From contig JALMLS010000507.1 in assembly GCA_038496445.1 (NCBI GenBank), forward strand, positions 248,001 through 312,000: 64,000 nt of DNA. The letters are read 5' to 3'. Below the pieces are notes generated by a model. It made no database searches. It saw only the letters and a program-made list of their open reading frames with translations, and was not told the DNA's origin. Position numbers and translations under genes: made by a program. Positions 1-13,450 of this stretch are shown here, piece after piece. This DNA comes from Trichosphaerium sp. ATCC 40318 (taxonomy: Eukaryota > Protista > Tubulinea). Numbering within the stretch: position 1 is the stretch's first letter; each line of letters starts with the position of its first letter.

Positions 1-1020
1 ACTCTTTTATTTATCCATTTTGTCCCTTGTGAAGAAACATAATGCCTTTATTTTCCTTTTTCCTAATCTCTCTTGTAGCACACAGCAAGCGTGTGAACTC
101 TTGTGCGTTCTCAAAAGATGGTAATTACCTCTTTACATCTTCTATGGATCATACTGCTCGTATTTTTGATGTTAAGTCTGGGAAAGAACTTAACTGTCTT
201 CGTGGTCACACACGTAATGTTTTTATACTCTCTGCATCACATGACTCTCGGTTTATTGTTACTGGGAGTGAAGATAAATCTATTAGGTACGAAACCTTAA
301 ACATTGATGTAGTGTTGAGGGTTTTTATAGGCTCTGGGATGTTGAGTCTGGCGATGAGTTGGGTGTTCTTTCGGGTCATTCTGATTGGGTTACTGGTATC
401 GCATTTTCTCCATACAGTAGAAGAATTGTTTCAGCATCAAGAGATGCTACAATGAAAATATGGAACAGTGAAACAGGAGCACAATTGGATACAATGAAAG
501 GTCACACAAAAACTATTTTGCAGGTAACCTCTTTTTTTTTTTATTTATAAGTAGACGCCTCTTTATACTCACGTGTTTCTTTTTAGGTTGTTTACTCTCC
601 TAATGGTAAATATATTGCATCAGGTTCAGAGGATGAAACAGTAATTGTTTGGGACGCATTCACGCACAAGCAAAAGATAACAATCAAGTACGAAGCAAAG
701 GAAATCAGCGAATGAAGCTAATCGTTCTTCAAAAGGGGCCATACCAATGAAGTTACTTGCTGTGGCTTCTCTCCAGATTCTAGATATGTAATCAGTGGTT
801 CTTCTGATAAAACTGTACGCGTATGGGATATTGAGACAGGTACATTGATCGGCTTTGTAACAATGGTTTTCTTACTATTTTCTTAGGAAAACAAGTATGG
901 ATATTCCACTGCAATGGTGGTGTAGTTTCCTGTATGATGCCTAAAAAAGATATGATACTCGCGGGAGATAGTGCAGGCTGTCTTTACGTACTGAAACTAG
1001 TAAACCTATTGGATGTGTAG
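1..1020 (+). CDS. WD40-repeat protein, 3' part (gene starts before window)
   Basis: Spliced exons give GH...WD repeats ([59 protein letters not shown]); GT-AG introns; stop TAG 1018-1020. Confidence 0.9.
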
Positions 1021-2049
1021 GCGAAAAACTTGACAACAATATGTATTGAATAAATATTAATATTCTGGTATTGTACTTCCCTCTCCTCCGAACCAAAAAG
1101 ATTAGTTGTTGAATAGTCCCAATATCACTTAAAGGCGTACTTAAGTGAACTCAAATAGTCAACATTCACAAAAGTGCACAAATTAAATTACACTTTAGAA
1201 GACGACTTTTCTACGACTGTTAAAATTCCGTCGACCTTTTTTCATTAAACCTATACGCAATACGACTAACCACGTGATAACTTGAGATGGAAGAAGTAAC
1301 TGTAATTCGCTTACAAATACGTAAGTGTTTACACCCAACCATCGTTTGATATCTGGTGGGCTTAATATGGGTGTTTTGAGCGTTAAAACGAACAACAGCA
1401 GTGTTTTGAACGATCGAATAGTAAAAATTTTTACAAAACTTTAAACAAACTTGCTGACAACCACTAGTACCGGTTTCGAATGGTAGGGATTACAACATAC
1501 ATGCAACGAACGATATCAGAGAGTACAGTGAAGGACTTTTGGCTTATTTAATTGAGAAATACAGTCAATACAGGAAAGTTAAACTGACGTCAAAGTGGAT
1601 TGATAAAGGACACAAAATGATGCTAAAAGGAGTTAAATTACCTGATACCTTCCTCACCTTACCAATGCTGTTGATAAAATATTTCCATTCCCATGGGTTA
1701 AGGCTTGTTTCCAGCTCAAACTTTACAATGACATTTGCTCAACAGTAAACCGACCAAATAAAGGCCACACAGTTCAAATCATCAAGTTCTCTACTTTTTT
1801 TCCCACATGTTGAAACCGCTCATTTTAAAAGCGAAATGAGACGTAAGCTCATTATGTGGTTAGGTAAAAAAGTGGATTTGAGTAAGTGCAATATTTGCGT
1901 CTATGAACTGCTTTCACTTTTGGTGGAGGTGTACTAAAAGATTTAAGTTCTTTATCTTTTTTTGTGACATCATGGATTTCTCTATGCATTAAAGGATTTA
2001 AGAAAATAATGGGATATGAAGATCAAGGAATAACCAGTAGTGTATGGAC

Positions 2050-2830
2050 ATATATACTGTCATGTTCCGTTCGTTGCCAATTTACCTTTGTCACTTTACT
2101 GAAAGGTATCCTGAATGGGTGTAGCAAATCCTCTAACAGCTCCTGATTGGTCTGTATGCGATTCTGTGCTACCGTCTGCTTCTCAAAAATCTTTATAGAG
2201 TATCACAGAATCGTTTCCATCAAACTACTTTGATCTTAAAAATATCTTCAACTGAAGAAACAAAAACCTACATGTAACTGTTGTACCAAGACCCATAGCT
2301 ATAATCACCTTAATTGGCCATTTTCATACCATTCCTTGCATTCTCCTTCTTCTTTGCCGTTAATACAATTACATTGCTTCTCTATTTGGCCACTTGTATT
2401 CTCCATCTGTTCACCGTCACTGTAATTGCTTTGGCCATCATTATGCCACTGCCAGTACAGTCTTTTTTGATTGCCATCAGCATAGTTACCACGTTTAACT
2501 TGTTATTGATTCTTTGCCATTTTCTGTGCTTGTTCATGTCACTTTTGGTCATTGCTGCCTGTTTCCAAATAAGCCCAAGTTAAATACACAAATGAGTCCA
2601 AATCGATAATACCAAGTTGAATCTCAACTGGAAGTAGTAGACGGCAATTATCTGATTGCGCAGTAAATCTCTAGTAGGTACTCGATCTTGTGATTCATGT
2701 ATTCTGGTACCTTGTTTACAATAGTATTGGTATTAGTGAGCGTCACTGAATAAATAGCTTCCAGGTGGTTGTACACAACTTCAATTTCCGTCACTTATGC
2801 ACAAATAAACACAGTTCTACAACACACTCT
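2050..2830 (-). pseudogene. Degenerate MORN-variant repeat gene, related to 58328-59835
   Basis: Reverse strand reads EGECKEWYENGQLR* near 2305-2350 plus other MORN-like pieces broken by stops and frameshifts; VELC..LCISD..LKLC near 2770-2820 resembles the N-terminus of the intact gene; ends approximate. Confidence 0.6.
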
Positions 2831-3068
2831 GTATAAGATACGTTGTAACGCTTGTGTATTAGTTAAATCTGCATATTACATGAACAATTTGCAGAGCCAA
2901 AATAAGCTTCCAGCTGGTTATGGTAAAATGAAAGGTTGGTGTAGCATCATTGTAAGCCTCTGGGACGTGTTATTTTCATCCAAACTACTCTTCAAAAAAT
3001 AACCTTCAATACACTAACAAGTTGAGTGAAAGTGACAAACTTGTTAGTAAAGGATTTTCTTCCAAAAA

Positions 3069-3087
3069 TTTTTTTGGGTTTTTTTTT

Positions 3088-3121
<34 letters not shown>
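3069..3121 (-). repeat. Poly(A) tract (A33-C-A9-CCC-A7 on - strand) abutting the ORF stop codon
   Basis: 33 consecutive T at 3089-3121 on + strand, the longest homopolymer in the window. Confidence 0.95.
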
Positions 3122-3390
3122 CACATTCTTGGGCTTCCGCCTTCGAATGCCATTTTTGCTAGATCTATGTCATAGCTGGATATCATTACGATATTTGATA
3201 CGCCTGTAGGTGGGTAGTAGAGGTCTTCTACCTGTGGGTCCCAAGTCAGAGCGTAAGTGTAGTTTGGTCTGGTGTGAACCAGGATGCTTTTAGGGACTGT
3301 GACCGTGACTTTAATCACTAATGGTCTGCCCAGAAGAGAATTGTATTTTTTACGAGCGTACTTTCGCACTGCTCGGAGTAGTCTTGACAT
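3121..3390 (-). other. Intronless 89-aa orphan ORF ending directly in poly(A); probable retro-inserted cDNA
   Basis: ATG start, basic N-terminus, stop TGA whose A is the first base of the A33 tract; no family recognised. Confidence 0.45.
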
Positions 3391-5160
3391 GTCAAGCAGA
3401 AGTATAGATATTAGTTGTAGTATTCGTATGCTTCCACTAGATAAAAAATCGAATTTGCTTTTAACCTAGTAATTTCTTGTTGCAAAAAAATTGTGGTTTC
3501 CTACAGTTTTTGAGAAAACCGGTCCAGTGTGTTGTACACGTTAATCTAAGCATATAATAGCCAATCGATAGTAGATATACGGATTTTGATGTTGGGTTTT
3601 AAGATATGGAGTTATGAAGTAAATCGGGATTGCAATGTTGAGAAACAAATGTGAAAAAAAGTGAAATTCGAAAAAGACTCAAAAGCAACTTACACCGGTT
3701 TCTGCGTTCGTATGTGGTATCTTCCACGCGTATTTTGAGACTCATTTATGTTTAAAAGGGATATTAAGTCAACACAAAATAATAAGAATCTGAAGAACCG
3801 AGAATATGCGTAATCAACCTTTATTTACTGGTGGTATGTTATTAATGTAAAGAAAGGTGTTTCCGTGTTGTTTTGATCCAAAAAAACGTCGATCTTTCTG
3901 TTGTAGCTTCCCTCAAGCTGTTGTCGCTCAAAATATGCCTCGATTTTATAACGTAAGGAATCATAGCGTTGGTGACGGTTTGAACCTCTTACCTGCCTTT
4001 TCGGTTTCAAAAAAACGTGATCGTACCGTTACCGAGTTTCAGTTGATTTTTGCTCTCAAACAAGCTTGTATGTAATATGAGAGATAGCCGGAAAAACTGT
4101 AACCTTTTTAGCGCTCTTTCAGTTCAAAATAGTATTTTTCTTTCTTTTGTAGACTCTACTACATTAGCAAGAGCCACAACATGTACCTCTTCGATTCACG
4201 ATACTTCAAAGCTCTTTCGAGCTGGTTCTGCACCAACAACAGCATCACAGCTGAAAACTCGTAAGTACGGCTCATCAGCTTGTTATGACCCATAGAATAC
4301 AAGCGCTTTCCATGATCTACATACTTACGGTTCACGCCTTTGGCAACCGTTCGCATACTGCATAGGATTATGACTCAATAGACTTTGGTCGCTCACAATA
4401 GATACATTGCGAATCTTCAAGGCTTTTGACAAGTGTTGTTGAAAAATGCTGAATTTTTCATTTTTGATATATACTCGCCTCAGACTGAATGCACCATGGG
4501 TCGCAGCAACCCGCTGTAGGTTTCGTCATGTAAGCACATAAGAAGATAATACAATTGGAAGATGCAAGGCAAGAAACTAATTTTGTTGGCTACCATGCAG
4601 CACAGCGCTCGAGAGCTGTGAAGCTGTTGTTGTCTTTAAAAAACAGTTTTACTGAAGAATCACAAGGTCAACTTCGAAATATTCAAAACCCTCCACAACA
4701 AATTTCACGAAGCCATTAGCGCATAACCAACCTACCGTAATTTTAAACTGTAAAATATTGTACAATAGACCGAATACAAAAGTTGTAAACCACCTTTGTT
4801 TATTGAGTACTTGGGTGCGTATATGTTATTTGCTTTCAATACTATTTGTCTTCCAAACAAATCCTTCACGTGGGTGACACTACAAAGCGATTACAATAAT
4901 CCCAAAATTCAACTTTCTCACAAAAACAAAAGAGTATTGAGTGCTTTGCTCTTGGGTATCACTTGTCTTCGTCTTTCGTTTATAAAGCAAGTCTAAAACA
5001 AGATCAAGGTTTGTAAACAAGTGTACGGTAGCTGACCAAATCTGACGTTGACTAGAACACAAGGCACCAATATCAGAACAACCTAACGCACAGAAAGTAC
5101 TTACTATTCTTTGAACAGATAATTCGTCACATTCTGTAAACATAGTATTACACACCACTA

Positions 5161-5723
5161 ATGAACGATAGACTAGAACATGTACAATGGGAATACAAAG
5201 GATACATTGTATCAAGCGATATAACAAACATCTCCGTTGACTCCGTACACGACTATCTATGCAACCAATCCTACTGGGCCAGAGGACGCACCAAAGAAGT
5301 ACGAGAATCTCATACATGCTATCAAACAGCTCTTTTAACAAAATCTGTTAAAGGCTGTAGAAGCGACAATAAAGAACTCGTATTGCTTCGTTGTATATCA
5401 TAATGATAAAACAGTTGGGTTTGCGAGATACCTAACAGATTTTACAACTGTAGCTATTCTGAGGGATGTATTTATACTACCAGAGCATCAAAACAAGACA
5501 ATAGGTAATGAAAACACAACACTTGAAGCCCCACGCCACGTGTTTTATTTTTAGTCTTTTTCGTGATTTCTGTGCTAAGAGATGTAAAGGTCGTTTTTTC
5601 ATACAGTGCATCGTCAATAAACACCCATTATTCTCAACAATAACTGTTGCACTTGAGACTAATGCAGAGACGGAGAGATTCTATATACAACACGCTCAAT
5701 TCGAAAAATCAAAACGAAAGTAA
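5161..5723 (+). CDS. GNAT-family N-acetyltransferase (3 exons)
   Basis: VHDYLCNQSYWARGR, VGFARYLTDF, LEDVFILPEHQNKTIG (motif A), RFY; introns ~5300-5353 and ~5504-5589. Confidence 0.85.
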
Positions 5724-5955
5724 GCTCGAAAACCATTTTATCTTTTTAATGGTCAAGTTTACCAATATCACGTGATTTTTCGCTTATGTTTGTTTACAAT
5801 AGTTTTTTCAAACGCCCTGTGAAAGCTCCTGGCGCACACGCTTAAAGACAGATAGAGAGACAATTCACAATACGAACAAAATAAGTAAAAAAATAAAACA
5901 ACTCGAACCTTGTGCAAACAAATTTGCCAATTATATTGCACATAAAAGTACATTT

Positions 5956-8900
5956 CTAACCTTGGAAGCCTGGTGGGTAACCGGATGGATAAGCCTATAG
6001 GGAAAAAAGCGTCAGAGAAGATAGTCCAACACAACAAAACAATTGTCAAAAAGATTATATATAACATACGCCTTGTCCTTGTCCTTGTTGTTGACCTGGT
6101 TGTGCTGGTTGCTGTGGTGGGTATCCAGTTTGTTGCTGTTGTCCTGGTTGTTGAGGCGGATATCCAGTTTGCTGTTGTTGAGGCGGATACTGCCCCTGCT
6201 GTTGACCTTGTTGCGGAGGGTATCCAGTTTGTTGTTGTGGAGGATATTGTTGCTGTTGTCCTGGTTGTTGAGGCGGATACCCAGTTTGTTGTTGCTGAGG
6301 TGGATACTGTCCTTGTTGTTGTGGAGGGTATTGACCGTTACTACCATATTGTGGTTGTTGAGGCGGGTATCCAGTCTGTTGTTGCTGTGGTGGGTATTGA
6401 CCTGGGTTGCTACCGTACTGGCCTGGATTGCTTCCATATTGTGGTACAACAGTTTGTTGTGGGCTGTTATACTGAGGTGGTGGCGTATTGTAATTTGCGA
6501 AGGGATTTGTGGTTGGGGCTGGATTTGCTTTATAAATAGTTTAATTCAGCGAAAACTGAAAAAAAAAAGCGTAATAAATACGTACGTGCAACACCGTATG
6601 GACTTTGGGTTTGTTGAGGAGGTACGTGCATCTGAACAGGAGATCCCAATAAGTTAGGTTGAGGCTGTTGAGGCGGTGTAATCATCTTAAAATGCAATCA
6701 ATTATTTGCTTGTAAATTTAAAAACATTTAAATTATTTGAAGCGTAAAAGACAACTGGTGTATTTAAATGCGTAAAATACCTGTGGTTGCACTGGTGGAT
6801 ATGCTACAGGTTGTTGAACTAAAGAACATCAGTTAAAAGAAATCCCAGAGGCGTGGGGTAGTGTTTGTTTGTGGGTTTTTTTCGAGTTTTTGAAGCGAAA
6901 ACAAAAATACTATAAGTATGAGTTTGATTGTTACACGGAAAAAAAGCTGATGAGAAGAAGTGATAATTACCTCTTCGCTGTTGTATTGGGGAACCTACAT
7001 TCATTCTTTTAGTAAAGAAAAAAAAGAAAGGAAAAAAAAAAAGGAGATTGTGGCTTGCCTGTCATATAGTCAATGAGAGCACCTTGGGCAGGTGCTGGTG
7101 GTTGTTGTTGTACTACAGGCTGTTGTATTGTTTGTACAGCAGGTGTTGTGACTGTCTGTTGTGTGACTGTTGTGACTTTCTTTACTTTTTTTGGAGCTTT
7201 CTTCAAGTGTTTACCCTCTTTAATATCAACAATAAGATCAACCCATTCCAATGCATCAGCAGGAAGCGCTAAAAAATAAAATTAATTAAGCCCAAATGAA
7301 AAGGAAGACAACGAGAAATGTTCTTATATTTATAAGACAAAAAAAAACACGTGTGAAAGTATTGTACCTGCACGGAAACGAAGAGGTTTCTTTACATTAA
7401 AAACAGAGAACATGACTTGATTTTGTGTTTGAGAATCCAAAGCAGCAGAAGAAATCTCTGGCATTGATAACCTGCCCTTTTCCTTCTAAAGAAATGCATT
7501 AGCCAAAAAAAAAAACAGACGTAAAACACAAGTTAACACTAACACACTTGCGTGTCAAAAAGACCAGGCTCGAGAAAGCTGGTAGTGCGCTGCACAGTAA
7601 AAACAAAAGAAAGAAAAAAATCACGTGACGTACCCTGTTTTTATCAAACCACACAAAGAACTGCGTATCACATTTTACCCAGTACAGTTTCCATCTCTTT
7701 TGACCCTTCTTTGTTACACTCTTATCCAAATATCCTTCTTTGAATAATACAACTTTGGATTTTGTATTCGATCCAGAAGTATCCAAACCGACAACTATAA
7801 CCGAAAAAATTCGTGTTGGCTTTCAATCCAATCGGTAGCGCGGAGAGGTTTTTTTTGATATTTTTTCCGTGTAACAAAACAAAAAAATTGTGATTTCTTT
7901 CTTTCTTGTCAATTGGTCACAAATGTCCAGTTGACAAGCTTGCTATATATCTATACAATAAACGTACGTGGTCCACCAACAGGTGCTGTGGTTGTTTGTT
8001 GAATAATTACTGGAGCAGGACTTAAAAAAAGCGTCAACGAAATAATAAGTCAAAACAAGAAACAAAAAAAAACAAATGTCGGGTATGGATTTTCGGGTTA
8101 AGCGTACGCCATTGTTGTTTGCTGAACAATAGTTGGGCCTCTCTCTATCATAATACCATTGAAACCACGACGAATAGGACGTCCTCCTGGTTTACCACCT
8201 GAATTTCTTAAAATAAAGTAAGCACGCGCAAAAACACTTCGGAGACGCTCCAAACGGCGTAGAAAAATTAATTGGAGTGTTTTGAACAGCAAAAACAAAA
8301 ACAGTTGACGTGCAGCTCACGAAAACCGAAAAAAAACGCCTGAATACCTGTGTTGTCTTCCAGTACCATCAGGGTTTATTATAGAGTAGCGTGTGCCGTC
8401 TCCGTGAGGTACTCTTGAGCCATACTGTCCAGCTAAAAAGGCTCTACAGGCAAATTAGGAACTGAAACCAAAAACGGGCAACAAGCAAGCTTTGCACAAC
8501 GTTAAGGATTAAACACGTGCCCTTCTAGACGTGCAGCAATGTCCTCTAAACGCACATTAAGCTATAGATGGTATAAAGAGCAACGTACCGAGAAATGGTT
8601 TAAAAGTATGGTCATCTTCCTGCCAAAACCAAGTACCCCTTAAAAATGTAAGAGGACGTATAAAACAAGTAGGGAAGGCAAATTTAAAGAAAATTGAGCG
8701 TATCCCATGTAGAATTGTGTTGTACCTTAATATTTTGCGCTTGTAGCCCGACCGCTTTTGTATTTGTTGTCTTGAGGCAAGTATTGCTTGGTATCTGCGA
8801 TAAACGTTATTTTTGCAATTTATAGATTTAAACATGCCTGCCGCCTACTAGATCTACTGCTGATCCTCCAGTAGACAACACAGTTTCAAGGATTTGAGAG

Positions 8901-8977
8901 TCCGCTTTAGAGTAACTCTTCCAGGTTCTTTTATCATCGTCTTGCCAAAACCACTGCGTTAGAGGTACCGTGTTCAT
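5956..8977 (-). CDS. Tandem WWE + PH domain protein with Pro/Gln/Tyr-rich C-terminal repeats
   Basis: WWE motifs QWFWQDDDKRTWKSYS and TWFWQEDDHTFKPF; PH motif KEGYLDK..KRWKLYWV...EWVDLI; a phase-1 intron (~7797-7967) joins the WWE and PH parts in frame; last exon AYPSGYPPGFQG*. Confidence 0.75.
6070..6460 (-). repeat. Coding tandem repeats (GQYPPQQQ / TGYPPQQ / QYGSN)
   Basis: Imperfect repeats of ggataccctccgcaac-type units within the last large exon of the WWE-PH gene. Confidence 0.85.
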
Positions 8978-9215
8978 TTGCGGTTTTTTTGTTTCTGAAC
9001 TACTTTTTTTTTTTGGCCGTCGGCTGAACTGTTTTGACTTTGCTCTATTAAGACGGCGTACTTTAAGTTCTTACGCCACTTCTATTTTCATCGTCATTAG
9101 TAGGCCTACAACGTACGCGTTATAACTTTTTGGTTTTTTTGCAACCTTGCTTTCTACGCTAGTGCACAGGCAGTGGGAATAATTTGTTTACCGGCAGTTA
9201 ACGCTTTAATTTAGT

Positions 9216-11634
9216 ATGGCAAAGACATACACCGTTGAGGAAGTTGCTAAACACAACACTGAGGGAGATTGCTGGATAATACTCTCAGGCAAAGTTTACG
9301 ATGTCACCAAGTAAGTCCTTTGCACGTCGTAATCACGCTAATACTACCAAAGGTTCATTAACGAGCATCCTGGTGGAAAAAAGGTAAAAGGCGTCTAAAT
9401 CGTCACGGGCATCACTAAAACGATTAGATTGTATTGAAAGAAGGCGGAAAGGACGCGACAAAGAAGTTTGAGATGTTCCACAATGTCAGGTACAGTTTTT
9501 GTCAATTTGCGTCCGCTAACCCGCTTTAGCGCTGTTTTACGTAAATACGGCAAACAACTTTACATTGGAGACGTAGGAACAGCTTCCGCCTCTGCGCCAA
9601 AAGCGAAATCTAGAGTAGTCGATGTACGCGGTGCTTATGGAGAACTAGTACCTTACGGTGATCCCAACTGGTATGTTAATAATTACCACGCACAAGAGCG
9701 CGGTTACCAAAACATAACACAAAGTAAATTTATCAAATGACGCTTATTTTATCGTAGGTATCAAGGTTGGAGCTCTCAGTATTACAATGGTACGTTTTTA
9801 CGCATCTGTTGTGATTTTTCCGCGTCTATTTCAGACTTTTTTGTTTTTCCGATTTACCTCGCTGACATTTGCTTAGAATCTCACCACAGAGTGCGTGTTG
9901 CCATGCGAGCGTTTGTAGAAAAAGAAATTGCTCCTTATTGTACGTGTAGTGGACTCTATAGGTGCGACAGGTGTCTAAATGATCGGTTTAGGCCATGAAT
10001 GGGACGAAAACTACGCTTTGGCTCCTGATCTCATGGAAAAGTGTGCTAAAGCCGGTTGGCTACCTGCAGTCATTGGACCACCATGGTACACTATTGAACA
10101 CTCTGTTGAGTATAGTTTCTAACTGTTTTTCTCTTTTAAAGGCCTACAGAGTATGTTGGTACAAATCTCATTGGAGGTTTGAAACCTGAAGAGTATGATG
10201 TTTTCCATGAACTCGTTTTGACCGATGAGCTATGTCGTTGTGGTTCTGGAGGTGTTATTTGGGGTGTATGCGGTGGATTGACCATCGGTCTACCACCTGT
10301 ACATCACTTTGGATCGAAGTATTTGAAGGATAAGGTAAAATAACTTTTAGTTGATCTTTTTTTTGTTTGGGTTTAATTTCTTCTTCAAGGTTGTCGCTGA
10401 TTGCCTCATGGGAAGAAAAATCATATGTCTCGCTATTACTGAACCATCTGCTGGAAGTGATGTCCAAAATCTTAAGACAGTAGCCAAGAAAACACCAGAT
10501 GTACGACATCTTAAATTTTTCTGAAATTGAAGTGCTTTTCCATTTTTTTTTACTTATCGTGCTGTGTAGGGCAAGCATTTTATTGTAAATGGTGCTAAGA
10601 AATGGATCACTAACGGTGTATTTGCTGATTACTTTACAACGGCTGTACGTACTGGTGGCCCTGGTATGAAGGGTGTATCACTCTTGCTCATTGAAAAAAC
10701 GATGCCTGGTGTTACAACAAGAAGAATGAAGTGCTCAGGTGTCTGGCCTTCTGGAACAACATACAGTAAGTATCAACTTATAGTCACAGCTATAAATCAT
10801 ACATTTCTTTATGATACAAGAGGTGTCTTACGCATTTTTTTTTTAGTTACTTTCGAAGACGTCAAAGTTCCTGTTGAAAATCTTATCGGTAAAGAAAATG
10901 CTGGTTTCAAGTACATTATGTACAAGTACGTTTAACGACCTCCTTCGATTATCTGTTGTTTAACGAAGTTGCTATAGCTTCAACCATGAACGCTGGGGTT
11001 CAATTGTTGGTGCTTCTCGTTTCGCACGTGTTTGTACTGAAGAAGCAATGAAGTATGCTCATAAACGTAAGACTTTTGGTAAACGTCTTATCGACCATCC
11101 AGTACGTTTATTTTTTCTTCTTTTGTTGTTCCTTTGTTGTATACTTATACTCATGTTTAGGTTATCCGTAACAAGCTCGCTCATATGATTCGTAAATGTG
11201 AGGCAACTCATGCTTGGTTAGAACAAGTCACTTACCAAATGAAAGTTCTCCCTAAAAAAGAAGCTGGTATGTCATCTCCGTTTCTTGTTCTTTATTGTTT
11301 TTAATTTCATGTAGATGTACTTCTCGGTGGACCTATTGCTTTGCTTAAGGCCCAAGCTTCTCAAACATTTGAGTACTGTGCTCGTGAAGCTGCACAAATC
11401 TTTGGCGGTACGACAGCGTCTTTTATAAAGGCTTTTCTTCTTTTTTTTTTTTTTTTTGAAAACTGATTTTCTTTGATAGGTCTTGCGTACACACGTGGTG
11501 GTCAAGGTGAGAAAGTTGAGAGATTGTACCGTGAGGTCAGAGCGTATGCTATTCCAGCAGGTTCTGAGGAGATTATGCTTGACCTTGGTGTCCGTCAGGC
11601 AATGAAGAAGTATGCTATTAGACCATCTATGTAA
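9216..11634 (+). CDS. Cytochrome b5-domain acyl-CoA dehydrogenase fusion
   Basis: b5: [27 protein letters not shown]; ACAD: [70 protein letters not shown]; divergent from the WWE-PH gene across 238 bp. Confidence 0.95.
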
Positions 11635-12291
11635 AAAAAATCGTCTGAATCGATTAAAAATAATCAAGAGGTATTTGTACTAGTAAATAGCCCATTTTTG
11701 CAATAAAAATTATAAACCACTCATAAGATATTGTAAAGTGTCACACTTTTTTTTTGTTTGATAGTTATGTACTTCGGCCTAGTTAAACCAAGTAACTAAA
11801 CAGTTGTGTAAAATAAGACAAGTAGGTTCCGTGCTATACCAGATTTGAAGTTACAAGTGCATACGCTGTAAGTGAAAACAAGAGTTTTTTTGAGCTCAGT
11901 TTGGAGAAAAAGATTTGGTGATAAAGAAATGTAATTGTGTAACATATGTCAAAATTCTATCATTCCCACCACATCGTTCGCAAAAAGATGTACTAAATGA
12001 TGGTGTAACAAATATAGGTATCTGAATACAGGCAGTATCTTTGAATTCATGAGGTAGTTAAAGCTCACTTTGTACAATAATACCTGAAGTACCTTTATAC
12101 AAGCCGGAGAAACAGTACTTCAGCCGTTATTTTTCAGATAATGGCTAAAACCGAATGAGTTTGGTCTTATATGTCTATCTATCTACTGTGAAAAAATCTA
12201 CTAGGGCAACTGTGTTAACTGATTCATGTGAGAATCCTGCTTACTTCACAAAAAAATCCCTCACCAACAAGACAAACAACTACTCTCCACA

Positions 12292-12630
12292 ATGAAGCTA
12301 ATAGTATTCTTTACTGTTTCTGTTTGCTTACTCTATATTGTTGAGTCTCAATTGTTTTGTAGCCATGTATGTTCCAGACTGTACAGTACGTCCGTAACAC
12401 AAAATGAAAACATTTGCTTCTAGCACAAAGCTTTTTGCACATGTTTTGTAGGGAGACAAGGTGATGGCAACTTACTTTGTAAACAACTTCAGGGTTTTAG
12501 ATGCCCACATTCTAACTATCCGGGTGTAAACAAAATCTCTAGAACAAGGAGGTGCCGTTCTTGTGTTGAACGCGGATGTATTGGTCTTGTAATATCGATT
12601 GAAGGCACTTCATTTATAGATTGCGTGTAA
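12292..12630 (+). CDS. Small secreted cationic Cys-rich protein (90 aa, 2 exons; absent from ORF track)
   Basis: Signal peptide MKLIVFFTVSVCLLYIVES; intron 12386-12451 (gtacgt..tag) restores the frame; 8 Cys in the mature part; AATAAA downstream. Confidence 0.8.
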
Positions 12631-12805
12631 ACGAAACAACAATCTTTATTTGTTTATTATGTAAATAATAAACCTCCATCTACATTTTTCTAGCGTCTTC
12701 AATAAAATTAAGAGTCGTCGGAATTTAGAAACAACAGATTTTTTGCATGAAGCATCAAAAAAAATTACGTAATTTTTTCAGAATTTTTATTGGATTGCTC
12801 TGGTT

Positions 12806-13450
12806 ATGGCAAGTGTATACAAGCCGGTCCGGTACCCAGGAAGAAGTCCAGTTCCTGGCTACCAAGGAGCTCATTTGCAACCCCCACCACGTCCAATGCA
12901 GCCAAACCCAATGCCAGGTTATCCAATGTATCCTCAAGTAAACTCGATGCGTCTTCCATGTCATGTTCCTAGCGCTGTTGCCTACCCTTCTGAATGTCCA
13001 GCCATGGTAAAGGAGGTATGGGCGCTTTTGCTCCATGTGCACGTGATAATATCCACTGCAATAGACCTTGTCTTACTTGTGGTGGAAATGGCACTACAAC
13101 GCTAACTGAGATCTGTATTAAATGCAACGGTCAGGTACTGTAAAGAGAATTCTTAACACTTTTTCTCCGACTTTGAATGTCGTTCTAATTGCTTTGCAAG
13201 CGGTATGGGTACCTTTAGACCTTGTGAAATCAGGATTTTTCACTTTAATCGTATGTGAAAGGAATACAAATATCACGTGTTGATTCTATTTTTATTTAGG
13301 TAACTGCGAATTGTCAAGGTAGATGCTACTTTTGCCTGGTACATACCACGGTAAGTACACAATTTGCAATGGTATGGGCGGAAGAGGAACATTTGGACCT
13401 TGGTCAGGTAGAGATGTTCATTATAAGGGTAGATGTCAATCGTTAAATAC
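12806..13450 (+). pseudogene. Pro-rich N-terminus plus DnaJ-type CxxCxGxG zinc-finger repeats, disrupted
   Basis: CLTCGGNG, CIKCNGQG, TICNGMGG and repeated GMG(A/T)F(A/R/G)PC..D.H units, with a frameshift at ~13000 and Cys losses. Confidence 0.6.

Noticed and set aside
4080-4720. Possible F-box relic (IFLSFVDSTTLARA) with downstream coding-like pieces
   Set aside because: Only one short motif, many stops and no consistent gene model
5973-6657. Long + strand ORFs (188 and 204 aa) and the 145-aa Asn-rich - strand ORF
   Set aside because: Antisense or off-frame shadows of the YPPQ repeat exon of the WWE-PH gene
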